A DNA stretch of 59,356 nt, taken from the IMG/VR virus record IMGVR_UViG_3300044492_000038. One strand, given 5' to 3'. The translations under genes were made by a program, and so were the position numbers. The stretch is from a virus. Within the stretch, counting starts at the first letter, position 1; each line of letters begins with the position of its first letter. The notes beneath the pieces are model-generated. The model saw only the letters and a list, made by a program, of their open reading frames with translations. It had not been told where the DNA came from and made no database searches. Shown here one piece after another: positions 41,720-51,107 of the stretch.

Positions 41720-42570
41720 GCAATATCCGATTGATTTGGGACAACGCCGTTGACCGTGCGTCACTCGTCGCGTCGAGCGAGTCCGGCTTACTCGTTGTCG
41801 GAAATCTACTATCGAACCTCAAGGCTAAAGTGTGGCGTTCACTCGATGTGAATGCCGGTGTCGCTTGTAGCTGGCCGCAATCAGAAACGATCAGTTGCGT
41901 CGTTGCTGCGTTCAACAACCTCACATCACAAGCCACGATGCGCGTGATCGGATACGCGAAGGAAACAGACACGACGCCTGCGTTCGACACCGCACACGTG
42001 CTGTGCGCGGCACCTCCGGGCCTGGGACAGTTTTTATGGGGCTCGCCCCTTGGCGAGAACTTCTATCAGCGTGGCGGTGCCTCTCTGTTCTCCTATGGCT
42101 ATGGCGGTTATGGTGTCGTGTGGATACCGGGCAACTACGCTGTGCGCAAGCTCGAAGTGCACATCTTCGATCTGACCAATCCAGACACGTACATCGAAGT
42201 CGGACGACTCATTGCCGGTCCGGTGTGGTCGCCGAAATATAACTTCAACTTCGGACACAGCGTCTCGTTCATTGATTCGAGCAAGAGCAAGCGCACTGAA
42301 GCAGGCGACTTGCGCAGCGAGCGCGGACCGAAGTGGCGACGCGTTGAGTTTGAACTCGGCAACATGGATTCTGCGGATCGTGCCGCGTTGCTGCGGCTTG
42401 CTCGTTTGAACGGTACGACAGAACCGTTGTTCGCGAGCCTGTTCCCAGAAGACGACGACAAGTTGCTCGAACAGAGCTATCAACTGTGGGGCAAGTTTGC
42501 GGACAGCACGCAACTGTCTCAACCCAATTACGACATTTATGCCGCGAGAATCGCGATGGAGGAAGTGTGA
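41716..42570 (+). CDS. Tail-tip/baseplate-like protein (284 aa)
   Basis: Internal ATG 41716 forms an ATGA overlap. Confidence 0.6.
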   Translation: MSNIRLIWDNAVDRASLVASSESGLLVVGNLLSNLKAKVWRSLDVNAGVACSWPQSETISCVVAAFNNLTSQATMRVIGYAKETDTTPAFDTAHVLCAAPPGLGQFLWGSPLGENFYQRGGASLFSYGYGGYGVVWIPGNYAVRKLEVHIFDLTNPDTYIEVGRLIAGPVWSPKYNFNFGHSVSFIDSSKSKRTEAGDLRSERGPKWRRVEFELGNMDSADRAALLRLARLNGTTEPLFASLFPEDDDKLLEQSYQLWGKFADSTQLSQPNYDIYAARIAMEEV

Positions 42571-42977
42571 TGGCAACAAGCAATCGCCCCTTCGACTATG
42601 GTCGCAAAGACTACATCGACAAGCTGAATAATCTATACAACACCGGCATACCGCGTGTGCGCACTGACCCAGCGAACCCGGATGCTGCGGGCACCGATGT
42701 GACAGCAAGTAGACAGATGAAGCTCGGTGACAATGGATGCTGCGTCGATTGCAGGGGCACAGGCATAACTATCTCATTCGCTGCCGAGTGTTTGGTCGAC
42801 GGCTTCGCAGTCACCATTAACGCTGTGTCGGGCGGCTCGGTGACGATCAGCACTGCCTCTCTCGGCGTGAACTTCTTGGATGGCGCAACGTCATCGAAGA
42901 CGATGTCGGTCGGTAATGCCGCAATCATTTCGAGCGACGGCATCGGCTTTCGCATCTTCCGCATGACGGCGGCGTGA
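42570..42977 (+). CDS. Tail-module protein (135 aa)
   Basis: Internal ATG follows GGAGGAAGTG and overlaps the stop (TGATG). Confidence 0.55.
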   Translation: MATSNRPFDYGRKDYIDKLNNLYNTGIPRVRTDPANPDAAGTDVTASRQMKLGDNGCCVDCRGTGITISFAAECLVDGFAVTINAVSGGSVTISTASLGVNFLDGATSSKTMSVGNAAIISSDGIGFRIFRMTAA

Positions 42978-42984
42978 GGCAATC

Positions 42985-45015
42985 ATGGGCATACGATTCT
43001 ATGGAGGTTTGCCGATCAGAGTGCCGCCCGCTACGGTGTTGCCGAGTGCGTTGCCGGTCAACACCGTGCCAGCGGGACAGACTACCTACATCGACACGAC
43101 GAAGCGCTTTCGAGTAGCGGACAGCAATCCTGTCAAGGTTGCCGATAACGATTCACCACTCGTCACAGCGACGCTTACTTGTTCTAGCGGCATACTCGAA
43201 GTTATACCGAATGTGGGCGTGATCGTTTCCAACAACATCAGCACTCGCGTTGTTGTCATGGGCTCAACTACGAACGTAAATCGCGCATTCGACGGTTTAC
43301 GTTGGACACCGACACCGGCATTCAGTGGCACTGCAACGATCACTCTGCGCACGAGCGACGGTGACAACATTGATACCGACACTTTCAACGTCGTTGTGTC
43401 AGGTACAGCACCGCCTTATGTGCCGCCTGGGCCAACGAACTCTGTGCCGTCAGGGACGAAGATGGTGCCGTATGGCTACACGCTCAACTTCTCAGGCGAC
43501 GGCATCACTGTGTATGACCCTGATGTGGCGACGCTGACAACGACGCTCACGATGGTCGGTGGCATTGTTCACGTGACGCCAAGCGGCGCAGCCGTGACCG
43601 GCAACGATACAGGGCTCGTCACTCTCGTGGGCACACAGACGCAGATTAGTGCAGCACTCGGCACGTTGATCTTCACGCACAACGGCGGCTTCTGGGGCTA
43701 CGCTAAGATAACAGTGTCGACAAACGATGGTCCGAAGACAAGTGCGAACGACATCAACATTGTTGTCGGTGTGCCTGCACTGCCGCCTGTGCAACTCGTG
43801 CCGCCACAACCGTTCTCGGTATCTGGCTTTACTGCGGGCTCGAACATCAAGTTCACGAGTGGTCCCGGTCCTGACAATTCGATGAAGATCACCGCTGCCT
43901 ATAAGATGTCGCTTCGCACAACGATCTCGTGCGGTCACGGCATCATTAAATATGACGCCAATGCCACGGGCTACACGAATCTCGCCGATGGTTGTCCGAC
44001 GAAGGTGCTCTATGGTTATTGGAACGGTGCCGCTGCGACAACGATGCGACAGATAAACAATTATTGGAATGTCATTGGTATGGCGCGTGCACGCAATGCC
44101 GGTTCCGGCCTGGGCGGCGGTGCTGTGTCCTGGCCCTATGCAACGGGCAATGCGGGCGTGCCGCTACCGCACGATGTTCAATTCATTCGAGCCTGCGGCA
44201 AGCCTGTCTTGCTCGTTGTCGGCGGGCCTGGGTATGGCTTCAACTACACGACGCGAGCGCAGTCGGATGCCTTGCTTGGCTCGCTCATTCCGTTGATCTA
44301 TGCAATGGGTGGCGTCGACGGCATCGACATTCAGTTTTACGACGGCGACTTAACTGGCTTGAGCCTCACAACGGAAGCTGTCTATATCGCGCAGCAATTG
44401 AAGGCAGCATACGGTTCGAAGTTCATGATTGTTTATTCATTCAGGCAAAACCCAGCGTCGCAGCAAGTGAAGGACATTGCTGTCGCTTTGCACAATGCAG
44501 ACTGCTTGACGTTAGTTCAACAGATATTCATGGACAATGCAGCGAACAAAGTGGCGAATGCTGTATCAAGCAAGGTTCTTCAGTTCATAACGGACACGCA
44601 AATTCCACGTAACAAACACATGATTGGCATGTCGCATAACTATGACTACACGAACAATCTCACCCTAGCAGAAGCCGTGAATGCATATCAACAAACGAAT
44701 ACGGTCAACACCGCCTTTCGTGGCGTGTCCTGTTGGTCTATTGACCTAGATGCTGCGGTAACTGGCTCATTCAGCACAGAGTTCAAATGGACGCAGCTTG
44801 GCTATACCTTGACTGACAAAGGTACGGCACTCATAACAGGACACTCAACGAGACAAGTGACGCTCACGGGCGACTACCAACAAATTAACTCGGCGTTGGC
44901 ATCGTTCTACTATTATCCGGACCTTAACTATCAAGGCCCGGACCCTGTTGTCATGACGACAACCGATGGCACGCTATCGGACACGGACTCGATCAATGTC
45001 ACTGTGATGAATTAA
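42985..45015 (+). CDS. Tail fibre with cadherin/Ig-like repeats and a GH18-like (beta/alpha)8 barrel lacking the catalytic Glu
   Basis: 676 aa with three ~85-aa repeats (..L.G....N.A...L.YTP...F.G...I...T.DG....D...V.V). The barrel motifs are VLYGYWNG, KPVLLVVGG, DGIDIQFY (canonical form DGxDxDWE), IFMDN and GVSCWSIDLDA. Confidence 0.7.
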   Translation: MGIRFYGGLPIRVPPATVLPSALPVNTVPAGQTTYIDTTKRFRVADSNPVKVADNDSPLVTATLTCSSGILEVIPNVGVIVSNNISTRVVVMGSTTNVNRAFDGLRWTPTPAFSGTATITLRTSDGDNIDTDTFNVVVSGTAPPYVPPGPTNSVPSGTKMVPYGYTLNFSGDGITVYDPDVATLTTTLTMVGGIVHVTPSGAAVTGNDTGLVTLVGTQTQISAALGTLIFTHNGGFWGYAKITVSTNDGPKTSANDINIVVGVPALPPVQLVPPQPFSVSGFTAGSNIKFTSGPGPDNSMKITAAYKMSLRTTISCGHGIIKYDANATGYTNLADGCPTKVLYGYWNGAAATTMRQINNYWNVIGMARARNAGSGLGGGAVSWPYATGNAGVPLPHDVQFIRACGKPVLLVVGGPGYGFNYTTRAQSDALLGSLIPLIYAMGGVDGIDIQFYDGDLTGLSLTTEAVYIAQQLKAAYGSKFMIVYSFRQNPASQQVKDIAVALHNADCLTLVQQIFMDNAANKVANAVSSKVLQFITDTQIPRNKHMIGMSHNYDYTNNLTLAEAVNAYQQTNTVNTAFRGVSCWSIDLDAAVTGSFSTEFKWTQLGYTLTDKGTALITGHSTRQVTLTGDYQQINSALASFYYYPDLNYQGPDPVVMTTTDGTLSDTDSINVTVMN

Positions 45016-45324
45016 ATGTGGGATGAAGTACAGCAATGGATACTTCGCTTCGCCGGTGTTGCGGGTGCTCTCGTGTCGATGCGCTTTGTGAGTGGGTCAC
45101 TCTTCGAGCGTGTGCTCATGGTGATCGGCGGCGCGTTCTTCTCGTTCTACGCAACTGAGTGGGTCGCGCAATGGCTCGCGTTGCCGCAGGGGCTCACGGG
45201 CTTTCTCCTGGGGCTGTTCGGCATGTCGGTGCTCTCTCGCGTGTGGGAGTGGGTTCAATCGACGAATGCTGTGTCGGGCTTTCTCGATGCATGGTTGAAT
45301 AGAGGCAAGCCGAAGGATAAATGA
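45016..45324 (+). CDS. Holin-like protein (102 aa, about 3 TM)
   Basis: Hydrophobic segments, directly upstream of the muralytic gene. Confidence 0.6.
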   Translation: MWDEVQQWILRFAGVAGALVSMRFVSGSLFERVLMVIGGAFFSFYATEWVAQWLALPQGLTGFLLGLFGMSVLSRVWEWVQSTNAVSGFLDAWLNRGKPKDK

Positions 45325-45325
45325 C

Positions 45326-45628
45326 ATGATGCTCGATGCTTCTTTCGTGTCGTCGGCGTGCTGGTTCTTCATCGGCACGACGGCTATCGTCGCGAGCTTC
45401 AACGGCATGGTGCGCAAGACCGTGCTCGAATGCATTGCACTCGGCGGCGTCAGCCTGGGCGCGTTCTCACGATCCTACTATGTCTACATGCGGCAAGAGA
45501 CGGACCCTGATGCGCTTTGGATTTCGATTGCGCTCGCGATCTATTGCCTTGCCATGTGGTACAAACTCGTGTGGGTTATTCCACACCGGCCCGATTACAA
45601 GCCGCCACCGAAATCGCCTTACTACTGA
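45326..45628 (+). CDS. Second holin/antiholin-like membrane protein (100 aa, about 3 TM)
   Basis: Hydrophobic segments FVSSACWFFIGTTAIVASF, CIALGGVSLGAF and LWISIALAIYCLAMWYKLVWVI. Confidence 0.55.
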   Translation: MMLDASFVSSACWFFIGTTAIVASFNGMVRKTVLECIALGGVSLGAFSRSYYVYMRQETDPDALWISIALAIYCLAMWYKLVWVIPHRPDYKPPPKSPYY

Positions 45629-46890
45629 TGGCAAACATCACGCTCACAGACTACATCGTCAAGCGCAATGTGCGGGCGTTCCTGTGGGCGATTCGATATG
45701 GCGAAGGCACGCAAGGCGAGAACGGATACCGCACGCTGTTCGGTGGTCAATTGTTCAAGGGTCCGGACGGTGTCTATGGCACGTTCGACGACTTCGCCGA
45801 TCACCCGCGCATCAAGACGACGGTGACGCTGCGCAATGGCAAGGTCTACACGTCGACTGCGGCGGGCGCGTATCAATTCATCGTGCGCACATGGGACGGT
45901 GTTTGCAATCAATACGGCTTCATCAACTTCGAGCCACCGACACAAGACCTTGCCGCTATCGCATTGATAGCTGGCCGCAAAGCACTCGAAGATGTTGTCG
46001 AAGGTCGCATCGACATCGCAGTTGCGAAGTGCAATAAAGAATGGGCTAGCCTGCCTGGGAGTCCCTACGGGCAACCCGTTGTCACGCTGGGAGAGTTCAA
46101 GCGAGAATACGAAGAGGCAGGCGGGCTGTATTTGAATGAACAAGCGCAACCCTTGCCGATACCATTGCCACCGGAAGCAATCGCACTTGAGCCCAAATTG
46201 CCACCGGCTAACGGCAGCGAAGTCGTCGAGATTGCGAGAGGTAAAACGGCGGACATCGAGGCAAGCTACATACAGGAGAAGCAAATGCCTATACCCGCAG
46301 TTGTCGCGGCATTGTTGCCGACGCTCATTCAACTCGTGCCGCAGTTGACGAAGATTTTCGGCAGTGGCTCTGAGGTATCGAACCGCAATATCGCAGCGGC
46401 AGAAGCAGTGTTCACCGTGGCGAAGGATGCCATCGGCGCGAAGAATGAACAAGAGGTTGTCGAAGCGGTGAAGGCCGATCCTGTTCAAGCAACCATCGTC
46501 AAGAATGCTATCGAGAAGAACTACTTGAACATTCAAGAGGCGGGCGGCGGCGGCATCGAAGGCGCACGAGCGTACAGCGTCGCTGTCGCATCCATGCGCA
46601 CGCCAGAGGGACAGCCGCTCTCGTTGCTCACGCAACCGGCCTTCGTGATCTCTATCGTCATGCTCGGGCTCGTTGTCATGATGGTGCTTGTCGTGCTGTT
46701 CCCGTGGGAAATATTTCGAGCGAACGGCGGACAGATTTATACCGATGAAGTACGATTGATCGTGGTGACAGCCATCATCGGATCACTCTCGACGATAGGG
46801 GCTTTCTGGCTCGGATCGTCATTCGCAAGCCGTGGCAATAACGCGAGTGGCTCTCGCACACGTTCAACCGATTCAGGAGCAATGCAATGA
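45628..46890 (+). CDS. Lambda R-like lytic transglycosylase (GH104-type) fused to a C-terminal coiled/2-TM membrane domain
   Basis: 420 aa from ATG 45628 (TGATG overlap). AFLWAIRYGEGT, AAGAYQF and CNKEWASLPGSPYGQ match lambda R motifs. The C-terminal TM segments are PAFVISIVMLGLVVMMVLVVLF and LIVVTAIIGSLSTIGAFWLGSSF. Confidence 0.8.
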   Translation: MANITLTDYIVKRNVRAFLWAIRYGEGTQGENGYRTLFGGQLFKGPDGVYGTFDDFADHPRIKTTVTLRNGKVYTSTAAGAYQFIVRTWDGVCNQYGFINFEPPTQDLAAIALIAGRKALEDVVEGRIDIAVAKCNKEWASLPGSPYGQPVVTLGEFKREYEEAGGLYLNEQAQPLPIPLPPEAIALEPKLPPANGSEVVEIARGKTADIEASYIQEKQMPIPAVVAALLPTLIQLVPQLTKIFGSGSEVSNRNIAAAEAVFTVAKDAIGAKNEQEVVEAVKADPVQATIVKNAIEKNYLNIQEAGGGGIEGARAYSVAVASMRTPEGQPLSLLTQPAFVISIVMLGLVVMMVLVVLFPWEIFRANGGQIYTDEVRLIVVTAIIGSLSTIGAFWLGSSFASRGNNASGSRTRSTDSGAMQ

Positions 46891-47096
46891 AGATCGAATG
46901 TAGCGAAGGTTCAAGCGGCGTGTGGTCTTGGCGCTTCAAGAGCGACAACGGCGAAACCGTCATCGCCGAAGGCACGAAGACTTTCGAGTCGCAGGCAGAA
47001 GCGAAGAAGGCCATTGACGCATTCGCCGGATCAGTGGGCGTCAAGGCAAACGCGGTCAGCTATGTGCCGCTTGTGCCAGAGAAGGAAGAAGAGTAG
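46887..47096 (+). CDS. DUF1508 (YegP-like) domain protein (69 aa)
   Basis: VWSWRFKSDNGETVIAEGTKTFESQAEAKKAIDAF. ATGA overlap with the lysin gene. Confidence 0.6.
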   Translation: MKIECSEGSSGVWSWRFKSDNGETVIAEGTKTFESQAEAKKAIDAFAGSVGVKANAVSYVPLVPEKEEE

Positions 47097-47550
47097 GCAA
47101 GCGCTCGATCAGCGCTAGGGGCAAGGTAGTGCCCATGCGCGGGCCGCAGTGCCACGACGCGATCTGACGCAGGCGTGCGGCACTGGCGACGGCAAGGGCA
47201 TCCATCTCCTGCGCCGTCATCCCTCGAAGGTCGACGAGCCATGTTGCCCGCTGATTGCCGATCAGGCACCAACAGCGCCCGCCCGCCCAGGTCCGGCGAG
47301 CCGCGTACACGATCTGAGATCGGCGCATGCCGTGACCCAGGCCGAGCACCTGGGAATCGTCCCGGCGTGCGGTGTCGCTGAACTTCAATTCGAGGCCCCC
47401 TTCAACACCGTCGATGCAGTAGTCAACGTCCGGCGTGCCGTCGTTGACGACGTTCTCGACGCGCTCGAAGTGAAAGCGCAGATGCATCGTCTGACAACTC
47501 TTCACGAGGTTGGGTCTGACGCGATCATGCCAGAAGCCGACTTCATCCAT
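47056..47550 (-). CDS. VRR-NUC / PD-(D/E)xK-like nuclease
   Basis: 164 aa with GTPDVDYCIDGVEGGLELK. The 3' end overlaps the convergent gene by 41 nt. Confidence 0.55.
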   Translation of the reverse strand: MDEVGFWHDRVRPNLVKSCQTMHLRFHFERVENVVNDGTPDVDYCIDGVEGGLELKFSDTARRDDSQVLGLGHGMRRSQIVYAARRTWAGGRCWCLIGNQRATWLVDLRGMTAQEMDALAVASAARLRQIASWHCGPRMGTTLPLALIERLPTLLPSLAQAAHS

Positions 47551-47830
47551 CAGGCCACAATGCCGCGTTGATTTGATAGTCAGCGCTGCCCAGGCGCATC
47601 GCTAAGTCGCGGCATTGGTCAGGAGTTAGTCGCGGACGTTTGCCTATTGCACATTCACGCAAGATGTTTTCTACTGGCACACGTCGTCCGAGCATAGCTA
47701 TCCATGCAGTGTCTTTCTCCGGGCACCATGACGAGTAAACTTCTTCGAGTGCGTCTGAATATTCGGCATAGTCTGTGTCGTTGAGATTGTTGCGCAAGTA
47801 GCGGTCGATCTTGTCGTAAGCGTCACTCAT
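47543..47830 (-). CDS. Hypothetical protein (95 aa)
   Basis: Internal ATG 47830 gives 8-nt overlaps on both sides. Confidence 0.55.
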   Translation of the reverse strand: MSDAYDKIDRYLRNNLNDTDYAEYSDALEEVYSSWCPEKDTAWIAMLGRRVPVENILRECAIGKRPRLTPDQCRDLAMRLGSADYQINAALWPDG

Positions 47831-48260
47831 GCGTGATGCCTTTCTCAAGCATGCTGTCAAACTTCGCTTGTATTTCTTCGGCGAGTCTGTGTTGCTTCGG
47901 TGATTCGCTGTCGGCTAGTCGCCAGTATTCTTTTCCTAGATCGTATGCGCGCACGAGCGACTCGCGCACTTCTTTCGTCGTTACTTTACCGCTTGCCTCA
48001 AGTTCTCTGATGCGTTCTGTCAGCGCTTCGACGGTGCTCGCAATCATGATGATGCGTTGTATAGCGTCGATGCTTGCGCGATCACCTGAGATGCGATTGC
48101 CGCTCCATGACAGGCCGCAATCCTTCGGCCATTGATCCGGTCCTGTCGGGCGGTATTCGACGCCTACGATGTCATCCAATACGCACGGCTCGTCGTTTGT
48201 GCAAATGACGCGCCCGTCTTTGACGATGACCCAGACGGGCGGCAAGATGATTTCATTCAT
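47823..48260 (-). CDS. Hypothetical protein (145 aa)
   Basis: Internal ATG 48260 gives an 8-nt overlap. Confidence 0.55.
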   Translation of the reverse strand: MNEIILPPVWVIVKDGRVICTNDEPCVLDDIVGVEYRPTGPDQWPKDCGLSWSGNRISGDRASIDAIQRIIMIASTVEALTERIRELEASGKVTTKEVRESLVRAYDLGKEYWRLADSESPKQHRLAEEIQAKFDSMLEKGITHE

Positions 48261-48564
48261 GGTGTGTGTTGATGTAGTTGATCTGCTCTCTGCTGGGACG
48301 CTCAAGCATCGGCGTGAAGCCTTCGAGCCGATGAATGAAGATGCGCGGCAAGTTGGTTTCGAGTGCCCAATAGTCGCCCTTCTCTTTGGTCTTCATCCTG
48401 CACACGAGAACCTCAATGGCGTTGAATTTGCGCCCGTCGTGTGTCTCAAGCCATCCCTTCGTTTTGATGTTCACACGCTCGCCGATCTCTTCGCTCACGT
48501 GCTGCGGGACATCGAGCGTGCCGAGTAGTCTGTCTGTCTCGGTCGACCATAGTTCGAAGATCAT
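48253..48564 (-). CDS. Hypothetical protein (103 aa)
   Basis: ATGA overlap with the upstream micro-ORF. Confidence 0.6.
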   Translation of the reverse strand: MIFELWSTETDRLLGTLDVPQHVSEEIGERVNIKTKGWLETHDGRKFNAIEVLVCRMKTKEKGDYWALETNLPRIFIHRLEGFTPMLERPSREQINYINTHHE

Positions 48565-48653
48565 AGCGGCCTACCTCCAACAATGCCCATCAGGATCACG
48601 ATCACGTACACAAGCACGATAAGTGAAATTGCAATGATGCCCGCTTCTATCAT
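48561..48653 (-). CDS. Micro-ORF, single-TM peptide (30 aa)
   Basis: MIEAGIIAISLIVLVYVIVILMGIVGGRPL. ATGA overlaps at both ends. Confidence 0.4.
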   Translation of the reverse strand: MIEAGIIAISLIVLVYVIVILMGIVGGRPL

Positions 48654-50686
48654 GTGCAGACTCCCCAATTGTTGCCGCGTGATTGCTCCGCGATTATAGG
48701 TACGTGCAGCGTCATACAGTTCTCCATGATATATTTAACTTCCGCTATTGCCTCTTGATGCTCTTTGCTTGCATTGGCACTATGGCCTAACTCGTCGTGG
48801 CAAGTTAACTTCGGCACACCGACAACCTTCGTCGCACCGCTGCGATGAATGTCCCGCATCGCGGTCTTCATCAGGTCCGCTGCGCTGCCTTGAAGCAATG
48901 CGTTCAATGCTTTGTGAGTGTAGGCGCGTGACACTCGCGGCCCCCACTCTTCGACGGCGTCGTCGTACTTCATCGCTCGCTTGCCGCTTGAGTTCCATCT
49001 CGGTTCGAATAGATCGAAGCGTGCGCGTCTGCCGCCGAATGTCGTGATGTATCCGCGCTCGCTCGCACGTCGCTGCGCGCTGTTGTATGTCATCTTCACG
49101 AACGGCGCGGCCTTGTGATAATTCTCGATGATGGCTTCAGAGTCTTCGCGTGACAGGCCCAGGTATTCAATCAGCGTGTCGATGCCCATGCCATACACGA
49201 GCCCGAAGTTGATGTTCTTCACCGGCTTGCGCCATACCTTACGTCGTGCCGGTGTGCTGATGTCCCATCGTGCAGCCGGTGCGACGAGGTCAAGCGTCAT
49301 CTCGTGGAAGTCTGTAGTCGGATCGTTGCGATAGCGCTCGCGCACGATCTCGCCTGATGGTCCGCGTGCGTAGTGCGCTAAGAAACGATACTCGATCTGA
49401 CTCCAATCATGTCGAATCCATTGCTGTCCCTCTTCAGGAATGAACAGCGCACGCAGGCGCGGCCCCCACACTTCATCGCGTGAAGGAATGTTCTGCAAGT
49501 TAGGCAGCGATGAAGAGAAGCGCCCGAAGACCGTTCCATTCTCGTCGCCTTTGAGTTGATGGAACAACGCGTACACGCGCCCGTTGACGTGCTTGTCAAG
49601 GATGTATGAACGCACGAACGTGTTGCGATACTTCTGCAACTTGCGGCGGTGTCGCACGAGTTCACCGGCAGGGTGCCCGATGCGTTCAAGCCATCCCTTG
49701 ACGAACGACGGTCGACCGTTCGCGGTCTTTGGATAGTCAACACCGGCAGCGTCGAACAGTTGCGCGAGATGGGTTGTGCTGATGTCCTTGTCTGGGTCGA
49801 GGTTGTGCAGCAAGCCGCCCGATATACCGCGCAGGCGCATGTCAGCTTCGAGAATACCGGCAGTGAGTTCGTCGTCTAGTTGCTTCGCATACTCGATGTC
49901 GACACGCACACCGGCTTGCCGCATCTGTACCATCATTGGGATGAGTTCTGTTTCAAGATCGAACAGACCCATCATCAACTGTTGCTCAAGGATCACGCGT
50001 TGCTTCGCCCAGATACGCAACGGCAAGTCGACATCGCCTTCGGCATAGGGACCGACTAGACATGGCGGCGCGTGCCAGATGTGCGCCCGGTAGTTGTCAT
50101 CGCCATAGGCAAGCTCGATCCATGCAGCGAGATCGTTCTTCTTCTTCGTCTCGCCTAGATACGACGTAGACAAAGCATCTAAATTGTACGTGAAGCGATT
50201 GCTGTCGATCAGCGCTTCTGCATGCTGCACGTCGATGAATGGTCCCGTCACGTTGACGCCTTCACTCCACAAGGCATCAACGTCATAGGACAAGTTCGCA
50301 CCGACCTTCGCTTGCCCTTCGGTGCAGAGGTTGTCGCGTGCCCAGGCGAGCACGTGCTCGGGATCGAGGTTCTGCTCGGGCGCGACGGTGTGCCGCATGG
50401 GGAAGTACCATCGTCCGCCGTCGACGGTGCCGACACTCATGCCGACGATGTGCGCGCCTTCTTCGCCTGTGCGCCTGAAGCCCGGTCCCTTCTCGATCAG
50501 GGCTCGATCCTTCGTCTCGGTGTCCAGGCCCAGCACGCGGGCGTCTGCGAGCCTGGGGAACGCGTTAGGCGCGACCCAGCCCGTATCAGGTATCAACGGG
50601 GTGAGCCGGTCCTTGTAGCGCTTTATCTGCAAGTCTTTGTCTTGCAGTTCCTCCCAGAAGAAATCGGACTGCGGCGCGTCGATCAC
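48650..50686 (-). CDS. Family-A DNA polymerase with 3'-5' exonuclease domain
   Basis: 678 aa with a GTG start. Exo motifs are LDTETKD, NLSYDVDAL and YAEGDVD. Pol motifs are DWSQIEYRFLAH, KPVKNINFGLVYGMG and LTCHDELG. Confidence 0.95.
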   Translation of the reverse strand: MIDAPQSDFFWEELQDKDLQIKRYKDRLTPLIPDTGWVAPNAFPRLADARVLGLDTETKDRALIEKGPGFRRTGEEGAHIVGMSVGTVDGGRWYFPMRHTVAPEQNLDPEHVLAWARDNLCTEGQAKVGANLSYDVDALWSEGVNVTGPFIDVQHAEALIDSNRFTYNLDALSTSYLGETKKKNDLAAWIELAYGDDNYRAHIWHAPPCLVGPYAEGDVDLPLRIWAKQRVILEQQLMMGLFDLETELIPMMVQMRQAGVRVDIEYAKQLDDELTAGILEADMRLRGISGGLLHNLDPDKDISTTHLAQLFDAAGVDYPKTANGRPSFVKGWLERIGHPAGELVRHRRKLQKYRNTFVRSYILDKHVNGRVYALFHQLKGDENGTVFGRFSSSLPNLQNIPSRDEVWGPRLRALFIPEEGQQWIRHDWSQIEYRFLAHYARGPSGEIVRERYRNDPTTDFHEMTLDLVAPAARWDISTPARRKVWRKPVKNINFGLVYGMGIDTLIEYLGLSREDSEAIIENYHKAAPFVKMTYNSAQRRASERGYITTFGGRRARFDLFEPRWNSSGKRAMKYDDAVEEWGPRVSRAYTHKALNALLQGSAADLMKTAMRDIHRSGATKVVGVPKLTCHDELGHSANASKEHQEAIAEVKYIMENCMTLHVPIIAEQSRGNNWGVCT

Positions 50687-50823
50687 TTCTTCGGCTTCTT
50701 CTTCGGTCCGTGTGCGGGTGCCGGTGGCGGCGGCGGCGGCTTCGGTGCCGGTGGCTTCGGCTTCGGCGCAAGCGTTGTGTGCATGTTCGTAGAGTCAGCG
50801 CTGGATGTGTAATGCTTCGGCAT
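50683..50823 (-). CDS. Pro/Lys-rich micro-protein (46 aa)
   Basis: MPKHYTSSADSTNMHTTLAPKPKPPAPKPPPPPPAPAHGPKKKPKK. Its TGA overlaps the polymerase GTG. Confidence 0.4.
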   Translation of the reverse strand: MPKHYTSSADSTNMHTTLAPKPKPPAPKPPPPPPAPAHGPKKKPKK

Positions 50824-50825
50824 GG

Positions 50826-51107
50826 TCACTCTTTCGTCGTGGTGAGAATCGAATACTTGCGCGGATCAACACCGATCTTCAGACAGGCGGTGTTGCCGTC
50901 TGCCGGATCGACCTTGCTTCGCAGTGCGGTGATGAAGTAGTGTTGAACAGCATCGAGGTCCGTCACTTTTCGAGCGACTGCCTTCGCGCCTTCGTGACGC
51001 TTCGATTGCATCATGTAAGTGAAACACGTTGCGATGTTGAGATCGGCTTCAGCAGCCGGGACGCTTAACGGTGAGAGGATTGCTGCCGTCAGCATGAGTG
51101 TCTTCAT
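50826..51107 (-). CDS. Small secreted protein (93 aa, signal peptide)
   Basis: MKTLMLTAAILSPLSVPAAEA. Confidence 0.6.
   Translation of the reverse strand: MKTLMLTAAILSPLSVPAAEADLNIATCFTYMMQSKRHEGAKAVARKVTDLDAVQHYFITALRSKVDPADGNTACLKIGVDPRKYSILTTTKE

Noticed and set aside
45336-46037. An alternative-frame ORF (233 aa) overlaps the second holin and the lysin; it could be an embedded spanin.
   Set aside because: It has no lipobox or signal sequence, its composition is Arg-rich, and the lysin frame carries clear lambda-R motifs over the same nucleotides.
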